DNA of 64,000 nucleotides, from IMG/VR virus record IMGVR_UViG_3300033555_000001, positions 96,001 to 160,000 of that record; one strand, given 5' to 3'. Positions 9,852 through 19,861 of this stretch are shown here, piece by piece; within the stretch, counting starts at the first letter, position 1; each line of letters opens with the position of its first letter. Source of the DNA: a virus. Its lineage: Duplodnaviria > Caudoviricetes. Under the pieces are notes generated by a model, which worked only from the letters and a program-made list of their open reading frames with translations, made no database searches and was not told the DNA's origin. The translations under genes were made by a program, and so were the position numbers.

Positions 9852-10039
9852 CACGCTCAATTATCCATCGCGAGCGTGGTGTGTTCAAATTCCAATGCTT
9901 ATTCCGACACGCATGGGGTAAGTTTTGTAGTCCTAAAATTCGGGACTGCCCATTTCCATCGCTTGATACGTACATCTGGCAACAGCGCACCTGCTCTAGA
10001 TGCGGCGCTGAGCACGGAATTGAGACGGACAACGCTTAG
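9848..10039 (+). CDS. Small Cys-rich protein
   Basis: C..HAW and CSRCG motifs; overlap coupling. Confidence 0.45.
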   Translation: MTRSIIHRERGVFKFQCLFRHAWGKFCSPKIRDCPFPSLDTYIWQQRTCSRCGAEHGIETDNA

Positions 10040-10043
10040 ACAG

Positions 10044-10077
10044 AATAGTGTACACCTAACCCGGCCCGTGTTATAAT
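10044..10077 (+). promoter_or_regulatory. Promoter AATAGTGTACA-N17-TATAAT
   Basis: Same 11-mer and 17-nt spacing recur at 22484-22517. Confidence 0.65.
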
Positions 10078-10104
10078 AATTCTTTTGATGATGAGGCTAA
10101 GCAA

Positions 10105-10329
10105 ATGACTCTAAAAGACACGGTTGGTCGATACGTAATGGGCGATGCAGAGGTACGGCTTACTGGAAGAGTTGCCACTCGCCCAATGCCGGGTGGCAGA
10201 TCTCAAGAACTGGTAGAAATTACTCCCGCTGATGAAAATGAAGGTACCTGGAAGAAGTGGGTACCAGAAGCGTCCTTGTTTAAAATTTCAGGCGAAGCAC
10301 CAGCAATTTTAAAGGAGAGCTCAAAATGA
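10105..10329 (+). CDS. Hypothetical protein
   Basis: GAGG SD behind promoter. Confidence 0.6.
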   Translation: MTLKDTVGRYVMGDAEVRLTGRVATRPMPGGRSQELVEITPADENEGTWKKWVPEASLFKISGEAPAILKESSK

Positions 10330-10571
10330 GTACACGCTATACGACACTTACGTACTTTCAAGTTTTCCTCTTGGCGCTCTTAACCGGCTTTATTGCTGGA
10401 GCAGTAGTGCTTGCTTATACGCAGTACACCGCCTATCGAGTTCTGCCACAGGTTGTCTCGGGTGCAGACGGCAAGTGCGTTAAGGTGGTGAACTTTGAAA
10501 ACGGCCATGCCTTTGGCTGCCCTGATGTTGACGTGTTGCTACGCCGCTACCGACCGGTGTCTGGTTTTTAA
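10326..10571 (+). CDS. Small membrane-anchored protein
   Basis: AAGGAG SD; N-terminal TM, two Cys. Confidence 0.6.
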   Translation: MSTRYTTLTYFQVFLLALLTGFIAGAVVLAYTQYTAYRVLPQVVSGADGKCVKVVNFENGHAFGCPDVDVLLRRYRPVSGF

Positions 10572-10622
10572 GGAACCCCTGACCCAGTAAATAGGGTATA
10601 CTTTACCTTAAAGAGGCATGAT

Positions 10623-11786
10623 CTGAAGCGCTACGTTACTCTCCAGTGCAATACCTGCCAGCGCAGCAAAGACGCGCTGATTAACCTGACGCATTACGCG
10701 CCAGATCGATGCACAATTACGCTTGGTTGCGAGGGGCGGCTGTCTCCTACTGGCTACACCAGCGACGGCAATGCTGCTCTTAGCGTGCCACCAGCCGGAC
10801 TTACTAACTGGTACCCACGCGGTTCGGTTATTACCGGAACACAGGCTCTTCAGCCCTCGCTGCTCTACAACACTAGTACTGGAACTCTGCAACAACTGGT
10901 TATTGCAGTACCAATAACAGAGCTTGGATTTACTCCTGGCGCACGTGCCACAGCGCGTCTTGTGCTGGTATCCGAACAGCAAACCGCAAAAGATTACCGC
11001 CAGTACACTTACAGAAAAAGTGGTGCCTTTACTGCGGTGAACGGTGTTGAAGACGGTGCAGCCCAAAAAGTCCTGAGATACAATATTACTGGCCCCTCAC
11101 CAGACAGCGTAGAAGTCTATGTGAACGGCGTGAAGCGAGATGCTGGCACTGGCAGTACTGAGTATCAACTTTTTTTAGGGCCTGATTCTGCCGCACCACC
11201 AAACTCAGTGCTCTTTAATACTGCGCTCTCTGATTCAACCACGCAAGTTGATGTGATTATTACTCAGGCCTCGTCCGTGAGTTCAGTTGAGCTTAAATTT
11301 AAACGCGTGATTGACAACGATGCTCGAACCGGCACAGGAGCCTGGGAAGGTGTAGATGCTGTTTCATCTCCAGCGCTGGGACGGCTGTGTTTATTTTACC
11401 TGGATTTCTCCGAGATCTCGGCTACACTTGCCCTTGACATTAAATTAAAGTTTGGCACCGGTTCCGTTTTGCAAGTACAAGACGAGGCACAGTCCGGAAC
11501 TGCACGACCTGTGATACTATTATCACGTAGCGGATTGTTTACTGAACTAGACAGGCTGCGATCAAGAGTAATTAATTTTGCTGAACTGTCAAGTGCTACT
11601 GATTACTTAATTGTTAAGCTAGTAAACAAGGTCAGGATCCTGTTTGTAACTGAGGATTCAGCAAAGGATATTTTCCCAGCACTACAGATTCACCGGTATA
11701 ACAAGCCTGTGTTACAGACCCAACTGGCTGGAAATTCAGACGGTGCACAGTTAGAAAACTCTATCATTATAGGTCCTGATCAGTGA
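10623..11786 (+). CDS. Late hypothetical (probable structural) protein with N-terminal Cys4 motif; start uncertain (CTG 10623)
   Basis: Frame open upstream of the track start 10785 encoding CNTC..C..C; TAAATA at 10588; AAGAGG 6 nt before CTG. Confidence 0.6.
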   Translation: MKRYVTLQCNTCQRSKDALINLTHYAPDRCTITLGCEGRLSPTGYTSDGNAALSVPPAGLTNWYPRGSVITGTQALQPSLLYNTSTGTLQQLVIAVPITELGFTPGARATARLVLVSEQQTAKDYRQYTYRKSGAFTAVNGVEDGAAQKVLRYNITGPSPDSVEVYVNGVKRDAGTGSTEYQLFLGPDSAAPPNSVLFNTALSDSTTQVDVIITQASSVSSVELKFKRVIDNDARTGTGAWEGVDAVSSPALGRLCLFYLDFSEISATLALDIKLKFGTGSVLQVQDEAQSGTARPVILLSRSGLFTELDRLRSRVINFAELSSATDYLIVKLVNKVRILFVTEDSAKDIFPALQIHRYNKPVLQTQLAGNSDGAQLENSIIIGPDQ

Positions 11787-12247
11787 TTACACCGCCTGTT
11801 GGAACTGAAAGTTACTACACCGCAATGCTTGAAACTGACGCAGCGCGCTATGTAATTAATTTACTTGTTGGAGAAGCTGCTGCGCAGGACGTTGCGCACG
11901 TAATGTTAACGTCCAAAGACATGGGCTCCGAGCTTGAGGCCGCGCACGAACTTCGCACGGGTGCCGAAATAGTTATTGGCGCGGTATCAAGTGGTGAAGT
12001 ACCAGTAATTAATATGAACTTTAATCCGCTGTACTTGCCCAACATCGAGACGTTCCAACACATGGATGTGGACGAAGAGGGTGACATTATTGAGATTGAC
12101 GGCTTTCAAAATCCGTTTATTGCGGTAACTTTTAAAGTCCAAAATGAAAATCAGCGCACCAGCATTGACTGTAAGATAAATTGGAAGCAGTTCACGCTGC
12201 CCGACATGCACGAAATGATTAATGACCGGCCACAGTTACTCTCATGA
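11783..12247 (+). CDS. Hypothetical protein
   Basis: GTGA overlap. Confidence 0.65.
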   Translation: MITPPVGTESYYTAMLETDAARYVINLLVGEAAAQDVAHVMLTSKDMGSELEAAHELRTGAEIVIGAVSSGEVPVINMNFNPLYLPNIETFQHMDVDEEGDIIEIDGFQNPFIAVTFKVQNENQRTSIDCKINWKQFTLPDMHEMINDRPQLLS

Positions 12248-12654
12248 TTACATACTCTACTCCTCCGCTGTATCGGTACGCCATAAATTTAAAGCTGAGC
12301 CAAGTTCTTGCCAGCACTCAGATTAACGGCGTATTTCCAAACATTGAAGATGTGATGATTAGCTCAAGGGATTTTACTGAATTTGAAGAGGCAGTAACAA
12401 GCACTACTGCACTTGCAAAACAACTGACGCTGTCGCTTAATGTAGCAGTGCAAGCTGAAAAGTACAAACTTGTGTCTGAAGTAAATCCGAAAATATCAGG
12501 AACCGATACCGTGTCTAAAGAGTGGGCAGACAACGAACTGCTTAAAATTTGGATTTTAGATAACGCTGACGGCGTTCTCCTAGACGGTTCAATGCCAGCC
12601 ATTGGTCTTGCCCAGCTAATTGAAATCGACAGTCCGCCAGTATTTATTAACTAA
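12244..12654 (+). CDS. Hypothetical protein
   Basis: ATGA overlap. Confidence 0.65.
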   Translation: MITYSTPPLYRYAINLKLSQVLASTQINGVFPNIEDVMISSRDFTEFEEAVTSTTALAKQLTLSLNVAVQAEKYKLVSEVNPKISGTDTVSKEWADNELLKIWILDNADGVLLDGSMPAIGLAQLIEIDSPPVFIN

Positions 12655-12731
12655 CGTCCCACGTTAGCTCAACCCGGTACCCCAACTCTGGGGTACAATC
12701 TCTTACCATCAACACATCACCGGAGTCTTGA

Positions 12732-13088
12732 ATGAACACCCTTGTCAATGCTGAAAACAAAAAACAGAACACGAAATTCCGCGCGATTCAGGACATTATG
12801 AATAATCCTGCTCTTAAAGCCAAGCTCAATAACTTGGTTGACGAGGCAGTGCGCACTAAGCAAAAAATCTTTGAAGAGCAGCTTACAATTAAAACGCTGC
12901 GTGAAGTAGCGCTCAATGATGTAGGCCTGAACCCAAAGCTGTTTAACTACTATGTTGCCGCGGTATTCAACAACGACTACGCCATGCGCAAAGACAGTTT
13001 GACGGAATTGTCAGACTTGATTGACAACGTAATGGCGCTCCTGCCAGCCACAAATTCAAACTTCCAAAACGGTCCAGACGAGGACTAA
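12732..13088 (+). CDS. T4 DsbA-like dsDNA-binding protein
   Basis: LVDEA..K.KI...IK.LR..A...GLNPKLFN pattern resembles T4 DsbA; upstream of polymerase. Confidence 0.55.
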   Translation: MNTLVNAENKKQNTKFRAIQDIMNNPALKAKLNNLVDEAVRTKQKIFEEQLTIKTLREVALNDVGLNPKLFNYYVAAVFNNDYAMRKDSLTELSDLIDNVMALLPATNSNFQNGPDED

Positions 13089-13255
13089 TGAGCGCACTTA
13101 TGGCAGGGCATGAAGCCTATTATCAGTGGTGTGAAAATGGTTTTGAAGACTATCCCACACCACCGGTAGATTTTACGCCTGAACAAGTCATAGATTGGGA
13201 AATTGGATTTGATGACGCCATGGATTATTACCTTTACTATCAATATGGCGAGTGA
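13088..13255 (+). CDS. 55-aa acidic/aromatic protein (not in ORF track)
   Basis: ATG overlaps previous stop, GAGG SD; MSALMAGHEAYYQW...WEIGFDDA. Confidence 0.55.
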   Translation: MSALMAGHEAYYQWCENGFEDYPTPPVDFTPEQVIDWEIGFDDAMDYYLYYQYGE

Positions 13256-13307
13256 TAAACAGTACAAAGTGGTTGAGACGAAGACTGATTATTAACCCAA
13301 TTATCGT

Positions 13308-14018
13308 ATGTCAATACCTAAAAAGCCCAGGATACACGTACTGTATAAAATCACGTCTCTCACTGACGCGTACTACTATATTGGCATTCACAGCACCTTT
13401 GACATAAATGACGATTATTTGGGCAGCGGTAGAATTATAAGAAGGGCGATTAAAAAGCACGGTAAAGAAAATTTCAGAAAAGAAATTTTGGAAATTTGTG
13501 CTAGTAGAAGCAAGCTGCTTGCAAGAGAAAAAGAAGTAGTGAACGCTGATTTATTAAATGATCCTCTCTGCACTAACTTAAAGATAGGAGGTTCCGGAAC
13601 CGATTCTGCCACCTGGCTTAGAATATGGGATAGACCAGGTTATAGGGAAAATCAAAGTAATAATTTAAAAGCTAGATGGGCTAATCCTGATAACGCGCTT
13701 TCAATGGGTAAAGCCCTATCAAATACTATTAGCGGTTTATCGGAAGAAGAAAAAATCAAAAGACTGCGAATGTCATGCTGGTCAGGAGATCAAGAAAAAA
13801 GAGCACTGAGTATTAAGCGCGGAAAATCATCCTTAATGCAAGTCACAAAGCCAGATGGAACTAAGATAGAATTTAATTCTTTAGATTCTGAAAGTATTGC
13901 GGGCATCACATATGCTAAAATAAAATACTTTCTCAGATATTACGGTGGTGTTGATAAATCCACTAATAATCTATACTCATACATTAAAAAATATGGCGAA
14001 CATGCAGCAAAAAACTAA
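13308..14018 (+). mobile_element. Free-standing GIY-YIG (Seg-like) homing endonuclease
   Basis: LYKIT..YYYIGIHST..YLGSG..EILE..N; AT-rich; overlaps polymerase start. Confidence 0.85.
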
Positions 14019-16983
14019 TTATATTTCCTCAATCCACGACTGGGATTCAGACCAAATTGCGGTGTGGGAGCGGCCAGTAGAGGGTGGGGCTAGAACAATG
14101 AGCTACTACAAACCTCCACGGTATTTTTATGTTCCAGATGAAGATGGTGAATTTACCTCTGTTACTGGTGAAAAGCTTAAAAAAATAGTCTGCGATTCTA
14201 AGGATGAATTTACGGCTGAAACAAAAAAATATCGTAAACGGTTTGAATCCGACTTTCAACCCGAGGCCCGCCTGCTTATGGACGAATATTATGGCAGAGA
14301 AACTCCAGTTATTAACTATGCTTTTCTGGATATTGAAAACGACTATTCGTCAAAGCTTGGCTGGAGTTCACCAGAGAATCCGTACGCTCCAATTAATGCC
14401 ATTACCATTTATCAGAGCTGGACTAAAAAGTACATCACCTATGCCGTGCCTCCAAAAGGTTGGAAGGGCAATAAAGTTGAGTTAATGGCGCAGTGCCAGG
14501 CTCTGTGGACAGAACATAAACTTGGGTTTGTGCCTGATATCACGATCTGCGATACTGAGCGAGATCTTTTGCTGTACATGCTCGGCGACATTGAAGATGC
14601 TGATATTATCAGTGGTTGGAACTCCGAGTTCTTTGATAATCCGTACATCATTAAGCGACTGGAGCGGGTGCTTGGCAAGAAAGGTCCGGCTGGCATGTGC
14701 TTTAAGGGTGCCAGGCCACCAGCAGAAAAGATCGTTAATCGCTTTGGTTCCCCATCTATTACATACACGCTGTACGGCCGCACTCATCTGGACTACCTTG
14801 ACCTGTTTAAGAAGTTCACGTTTGAGGGTCGGGTTTCCTATTCCTTGGCTAATATTTCGGCAGAAGAACTGGACACGCCTAAGCTTGATTATCCTGGCAC
14901 ACTTGAGCAGCTGTACCACAATGACTTTGCGCACTTTATTTGTTACAACGCACGTGACGTCGAGGTCATTGTTCAACTAGATGCTAAGTTTAATTTAATG
15001 CAGCTTGTAAATCAAATGGCGCATGAGAACACCGTGCCGTTCACCGCTATTCTTGGTACCGTGCGATATGTTGAAACTGGTATTACTAATCGTGCGCACA
15101 ACACGCACAAGTTAATTGTCAGCGACAAAAATATCTCTGGTGAAGAGAATGAAAAAGTTGAGGGTGCCATTGTTATGACGCCGCGTGCCGGGCTACATGA
15201 GTGGGTAGGCTCTGTAGATATTACGTCACTATATCCGTCAGTTGCCCGTGCGCTTAACATGTCTATTGAAACCTTTAAAGGTCAGTTTGTTCAAGAGGAA
15301 AAAGCATGGGAAGGTATTAGAGCAGCTGACAATAACACTTGGGAGGCCGAGTTAACTGAGGCTCCAGGAGAATTGGTTGCTGCTACTGGCAAAGAATGGA
15401 GTGCTTATCTCAAAGAACAGAATTATGCTATTTCTGCGTTTGGCACGGTCTTTGATCAAAACAAACCGGGTATGGTTGCTGACACGCTTACATATTGGTT
15501 TGAAGAGCGTAAACGGCTGCAGGCTGAGAAGAAAAAATATTCTAAGAAATTAGCAGAACTGCATTTGGCGTTCAGCAATGATGTCAAAAAGCATGGCATG
15601 GGGTCATTTGCATTTGATGAATTCTTAGATGTGGAAGATGACCCTAAATCCGAATATCCTAAAAAATTAGATGGGGCTATGGAACTAGCAACTAAAAAAT
15701 GGGGCGCTCAAATTGCAGAATGCAAGAGACTTAAAGATCACTATGACCTTCTTCAGCTTACCAAAAAAATTCAGCTGAACTCAGCGTACGGCGCGTTGCT
15801 CAATGAAAATTTTAGATGGGGACGCAGAGAAATTGGCGCCTCTATTACTGGTAGCGGGCGGCAAATTACAAAGCACATGGGTCAGACGATTGCGGCAGTT
15901 ATTACTGAAAAGAAGTGGGAATTTGAAAAACGTTTTGCTCACACCAATACTGCTGGAAATGGTTGCACTTTTGTTCCCGGTGAAACTTTTGCCAAAGCTC
16001 AGTTCCGTGGTGATTATGAATGGTTAAGAAATCATCCTACTGAATCCGCTTATACTATGAAGTGGAATAAAGACAAGGGTGTTGAACAAAAAGTCTGGTC
16101 AGGCGCGATATGGTTTACCGAATGTCCTGCAATCATCTACGGTGATACCGACTCATGCTACTTTCTAACATATGGTAAGAACTATGAGGATGCGGTAGCA
16201 AGGGCTGACAGCATTGCAGAGCGAACTAACGCTACATTCCCGGAGTTTATGGCATCTGCGTTTAATTGCACGGGTGGTCGTGAAAAGTTAATTAAGGCTG
16301 CGCGAGAAATTGTTGCCGAGCGCGGGTTGTTCATGTTTGCCAAAAAGAAATACACGCTGCGAGTTGTTAATCTAGATGGCTTTGACATGCAAGACAAGCC
16401 TAAGCTGAAGTCCATGGGCTCTGAGATTAAAAAAGCCGATACCCCAAAAGCTATTCAGGACTTCTTAAAAGAGCTCATGAATTTAATCTTAACCGGTAAA
16501 CAATATCCGGAAATAGAAAAGTTCGTAAATCAGCATCGTGGCAGCATGATCAATAAAGACTCAGACGTGCTTGCCCTGGCACCGGCAAAACAGGTAAACA
16601 ATCTTGATGCGCTCTATGCAGAGTATTGCCGTACTGAAAAAGTAGCCAATGGTAAAATGAAACACTGTCCTGGCCACGTGCGTGCAGCTATTAACTACAA
16701 TGAAATGTCAGAGCTGTTTGAACCAGGGATTGCTAAGCCCCTTAAAGCTGGCGATAAAGTTGCAATCTTGTATTTGCGGCCTAATCAGAGTGGAATTAAA
16801 TCAATTGGTTTTCCAGCAGAGATGTTGCACTTGCCAGAGTGGTTTAAGGAGAATTTCGAAGTTGACATGAAACTTACCGAACAAAAGATGATTGATTCAA
16901 AAATCGAGGGCATCTTTGAAGTACTTGGCGAGAACGTGCCGTCACCTCAGAACTCTCACCTGAATTCAACGTTTGTGTTTTGA
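13993..16983 (+). CDS. gp43: Family B DNA polymerase (T4 gp43-like)
   Basis: Exo FLDIE, GWNSEFFD, YNARD; pol DITSLYPS, KIQLNSAYG, YGDTDS, KKKY. Confidence 0.97.
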   Translation: MANMQQKTNYISSIHDWDSDQIAVWERPVEGGARTMSYYKPPRYFYVPDEDGEFTSVTGEKLKKIVCDSKDEFTAETKKYRKRFESDFQPEARLLMDEYYGRETPVINYAFLDIENDYSSKLGWSSPENPYAPINAITIYQSWTKKYITYAVPPKGWKGNKVELMAQCQALWTEHKLGFVPDITICDTERDLLLYMLGDIEDADIISGWNSEFFDNPYIIKRLERVLGKKGPAGMCFKGARPPAEKIVNRFGSPSITYTLYGRTHLDYLDLFKKFTFEGRVSYSLANISAEELDTPKLDYPGTLEQLYHNDFAHFICYNARDVEVIVQLDAKFNLMQLVNQMAHENTVPFTAILGTVRYVETGITNRAHNTHKLIVSDKNISGEENEKVEGAIVMTPRAGLHEWVGSVDITSLYPSVARALNMSIETFKGQFVQEEKAWEGIRAADNNTWEAELTEAPGELVAATGKEWSAYLKEQNYAISAFGTVFDQNKPGMVADTLTYWFEERKRLQAEKKKYSKKLAELHLAFSNDVKKHGMGSFAFDEFLDVEDDPKSEYPKKLDGAMELATKKWGAQIAECKRLKDHYDLLQLTKKIQLNSAYGALLNENFRWGRREIGASITGSGRQITKHMGQTIAAVITEKKWEFEKRFAHTNTAGNGCTFVPGETFAKAQFRGDYEWLRNHPTESAYTMKWNKDKGVEQKVWSGAIWFTECPAIIYGDTDSCYFLTYGKNYEDAVARADSIAERTNATFPEFMASAFNCTGGREKLIKAAREIVAERGLFMFAKKKYTLRVVNLDGFDMQDKPKLKSMGSEIKKADTPKAIQDFLKELMNLILTGKQYPEIEKFVNQHRGSMINKDSDVLALAPAKQVNNLDALYAEYCRTEKVANGKMKHCPGHVRAAINYNEMSELFEPGIAKPLKAGDKVAILYLRPNQSGIKSIGFPAEMLHLPEWFKENFEVDMKLTEQKMIDSKIEGIFEVLGENVPSPQNSHLNSTFVF

Positions 16984-17023
16984 CTAATGTGTTATAATTA
17001 CTCATTATTTTAAAGGATTAATC

Positions 17024-17224
17024 ATGGCCTCAGTAAACTTAGAACTCTCCCCATTTGCAGTTCCAACCGAAGTATCTATCCGTGTTCCGGGTGGTGGCAA
17101 GCGTGAAGATGGAATTCAAGCAGCAATGACCATGAAACTAGCGCAGCTCGACGAAGAAACTCTGGCCGCTCTCTGTGAAGAATTCACAACTGCCGTGTTT
17201 GCGGCGGCTGGTAAGTCCCTGTGA
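17024..17224 (+). CDS. Small phage hypothetical protein
   Basis: AAGGA SD; TATAAT at 16993. Confidence 0.65.
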   Translation: MASVNLELSPFAVPTEVSIRVPGGGKREDGIQAAMTMKLAQLDEETLAALCEEFTTAVFAAAGKSL

Positions 17225-17952
17225 AATTAACGACCGAAGATAATCGCAAGCTACGAGCGGCCATTGCGGCGTGTAAGCTCGCTGATATTGATCTGGCCGT
17301 GATTGCTGAAGGCAAGATCCGCGGGCTGAGCGAAAGCAGAAATGCCGTGATCTTTAGCGATCTTGTACTCTCTATTGACCCTGAGATTCAGCTTGGAATT
17401 ACACGACTTTCAGAACTGGACAAACGGCTCGCCTTGTTTGGTGATGACATTCTTGTTGAGGGTGACCTCACAGACGCCAAGAAAGTCCGCAAGCTAGCCA
17501 TTCGCGGCAAAGCCGGTAAGATTGAATTTCGCTGTACTGACGTTGCAATGCTTGACAAAAAGTACCCGAAAGAAAATCACGATGTGCCAGGCACAGTGAT
17601 CACGTTTAGCAAAGCTGAAATAGCTCTTATTTCGCGCGGTGTAAAAACGCTGGGCGCTGAACAGCTTACCATTCAAGTAAAGCGTGATGGTGCCGTACAT
17701 ATTGAAAGTTTAGATACTTCAAACGACAGATTTGAAACTGATTTAGTAACAAACGCGGACTTTATCGATGATGCAGTATCCTCAGTGTTCTCGTATAATT
17801 CTTCAAGCTCTGGTGTTTTGCTAGGACTGCTGGAGCACACGGTAAAAGATGCTGAGAGTTCGCAAATCATACTCATGAAATCAGGCAACATTGGCGTAAC
17901 AGTTTTTGGATTTGATATTATTGCTATTCCACGTATTATTACAGGAGTTTAA
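17221..17952 (+). CDS. Probable DNA polymerase sliding clamp (gp45-like)
   Basis: 243 aa, alpha/beta alternation, directly after polymerase; inferred from size and synteny. Confidence 0.55.
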   Translation: MKLTTEDNRKLRAAIAACKLADIDLAVIAEGKIRGLSESRNAVIFSDLVLSIDPEIQLGITRLSELDKRLALFGDDILVEGDLTDAKKVRKLAIRGKAGKIEFRCTDVAMLDKKYPKENHDVPGTVITFSKAEIALISRGVKTLGAEQLTIQVKRDGAVHIESLDTSNDRFETDLVTNADFIDDAVSSVFSYNSSSSGVLLGLLEHTVKDAESSQIILMKSGNIGVTVFGFDIIAIPRIITGV

Positions 17953-17953
17953 A

Positions 17954-18322
17954 TTGGACAACTACGACATCGAAAAAACGCGCGTGGACTATGTGCAGAC
18001 TATGGAAATCCAGGTGCGGCACCTACAGACTGAGCTTGACAAATATAAAGCAATTGCTGAAAAATGGGAACCGCGCTTTACAGCCCAGAGTGATGCTGCG
18101 ACACAGATGCTTGCTATTGGGCTTGAGTTTGGCGGCAAACGTGCTAATGTAAAAGTCAGTGAAAACTTTCTGCATCAAATGGACGCTACTGGAGCCACCA
18201 GCGAGCTGCTGCACGCGCTGATTAACGGACTTGTTAAAGACCAACTGCACGCTGTCCTTAAACCAATAGTTGAGCGCGCGCAAAAGAATGTTAACAGCGT
18301 GGGTGGTGCTGGACAATGGTAA
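17954..18322 (+). CDS. Hypothetical protein
   Basis: AGGAG SD before TTG 17954. Confidence 0.6.
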   Translation: MDNYDIEKTRVDYVQTMEIQVRHLQTELDKYKAIAEKWEPRFTAQSDAATQMLAIGLEFGGKRANVKVSENFLHQMDATGATSELLHALINGLVKDQLHAVLKPIVERAQKNVNSVGGAGQW

Positions 18323-18690
18323 GCTGGTTTAAAAAGCTGCTGGCCAGGGGCTCCAGGAAATCTAATTTTCTGGATCCAGATGGCGGACTTGCTTTGCGCG
18401 AAAAATTCTTAGAGGCCCAGGTAAAGACCACTGAGCCGTGGGCCATGTTTGAAGTTGCTGGCTTTGACGAAAAAGAAGAGCGCATAAAGATGGTGTTCAA
18501 TTGGAACAGCGCTTTTATTGAACACCTAAATGGCATGGGCTTTACTGGCGAAACTGAAGACGATACAGTGCAAGCGTTCTTCTTTACAAGTCAAATGGCG
18601 CCTGCAGGTTCAGATCCTGACGGTGACGAATCTGTTCAAGTTGAAGACTTGCCTAATTTGTCAAACCGAGTAAACAAGGTTTCCAGATAA
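18316..18690 (+). CDS. Conserved-looking phage hypothetical protein
   Basis: EPW..., FNWNSAFIEHL..G motif. Confidence 0.65.
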   Translation: MVSWFKKLLARGSRKSNFLDPDGGLALREKFLEAQVKTTEPWAMFEVAGFDEKEERIKMVFNWNSAFIEHLNGMGFTGETEDDTVQAFFFTSQMAPAGSDPDGDESVQVEDLPNLSNRVNKVSR

Positions 18691-18726
18691 CTGTGGTATA
18701 ATGCAGATTGACCAACCGGGTAAATT

Positions 18727-19788
18727 ATGAAACAAAAACGCTTAGTGGTTGACGTATCAAATATCTTTTGGCGGGCGGTATCGGCTCTACAGCGGTACGG
18801 TCCCGTTGACACCGCTGATTCTGCCGGACTAGGCTTGCATGGTTGCCTGATGTCGCTTAAAAAGCACTACAATAATATCAAACCGCATAAGCTAGCAATA
18901 GTGTTTGAGGGCAAACAAAACTGGCGCAAAGAGTATACAAAGAGCGCAGCGTGCGTTTCCAGGCGCCTCTACAAGGGTAACAGGGTTGCGGATCCTAGTA
19001 TGGCAGTGCTCTTTGATGTGATGCGATCTTTTGAAGATTTGGCACGTAACCACACTAACATTGTAACGCTGGTTCATCCACGCCTGGAGGGTGATGATCT
19101 AATTGGCGGGTACGCGGATTATTTCGCTAGCCCGCACGACGGTTCCTCGGATGGCGACGAAGTGTTTATACTGTCAGGTGACAAGGACTTTGTGCAGTTA
19201 CTTGGCAATCCAAATATTCACCTTGTAAACCCAGACGACGGGCTAGAGCGCACGCTGACTAAAGTATGCGATGTTGATGACGCCGGATATTTTATGTTTG
19301 AGAAATGTTTCCGAGGAGATTCAGGCGATAACGTACTGCCTGCGCTGCCGCGCGTCCGCAAAACAAAACTGCACAAGGCGTACGGCGTTAAAGATGGCAA
19401 GGTTGATGCGTCACTGGCGGACTCATTTGAAATGAGTAATTTGCTAAATTCTACGTGGGAGTTCATGGATCCGGAGACTGGCGACAAGCGCATGATGTCA
19501 GTTGCTGAGATGTACGAAGAAAATAGTCTGTTAATGAACTTGCGCGGCCAGCCACAGGAAATCAGAGACCTGATCAAAGAAGTAATTGAGCACGAGAGCG
19601 ACAATCACGGCCAGTTTAACTTTTTTAACTTTTCAAAATTTCTGGGCAAATACAAGCTACAGCAAATTGCTGATAAATCAGCGGACTTTGTTCCAATGCT
19701 CAGTGGCAAGGGATTTAAAATGGCCGCAACACCGACCGCCGAACCTGTTGCTGACGAGCAGCCAGCACTTGGAGGTCTGCAATTTTAA
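18727..19788 (+). CDS. rnh: RNase H / 5'-3' flap exonuclease (T4 Rnh-like)
   Basis: VVDVSN, VFEG, EGDDLIG, SGDKDFVQL, GDSGDNV. Confidence 0.92.
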   Translation: MKQKRLVVDVSNIFWRAVSALQRYGPVDTADSAGLGLHGCLMSLKKHYNNIKPHKLAIVFEGKQNWRKEYTKSAACVSRRLYKGNRVADPSMAVLFDVMRSFEDLARNHTNIVTLVHPRLEGDDLIGGYADYFASPHDGSSDGDEVFILSGDKDFVQLLGNPNIHLVNPDDGLERTLTKVCDVDDAGYFMFEKCFRGDSGDNVLPALPRVRKTKLHKAYGVKDGKVDASLADSFEMSNLLNSTWEFMDPETGDKRMMSVAEMYEENSLLMNLRGQPQEIRDLIKEVIEHESDNHGQFNFFNFSKFLGKYKLQQIADKSADFVPMLSGKGFKMAATPTAEPVADEQPALGGLQF

Positions 19789-19861
19789 AACTCAGGGTTA
19801 GCCACTGGTTAAGGGCTCTAATAACCGGTATATAATAGCTTATCATCAACCGGAGACCGTA

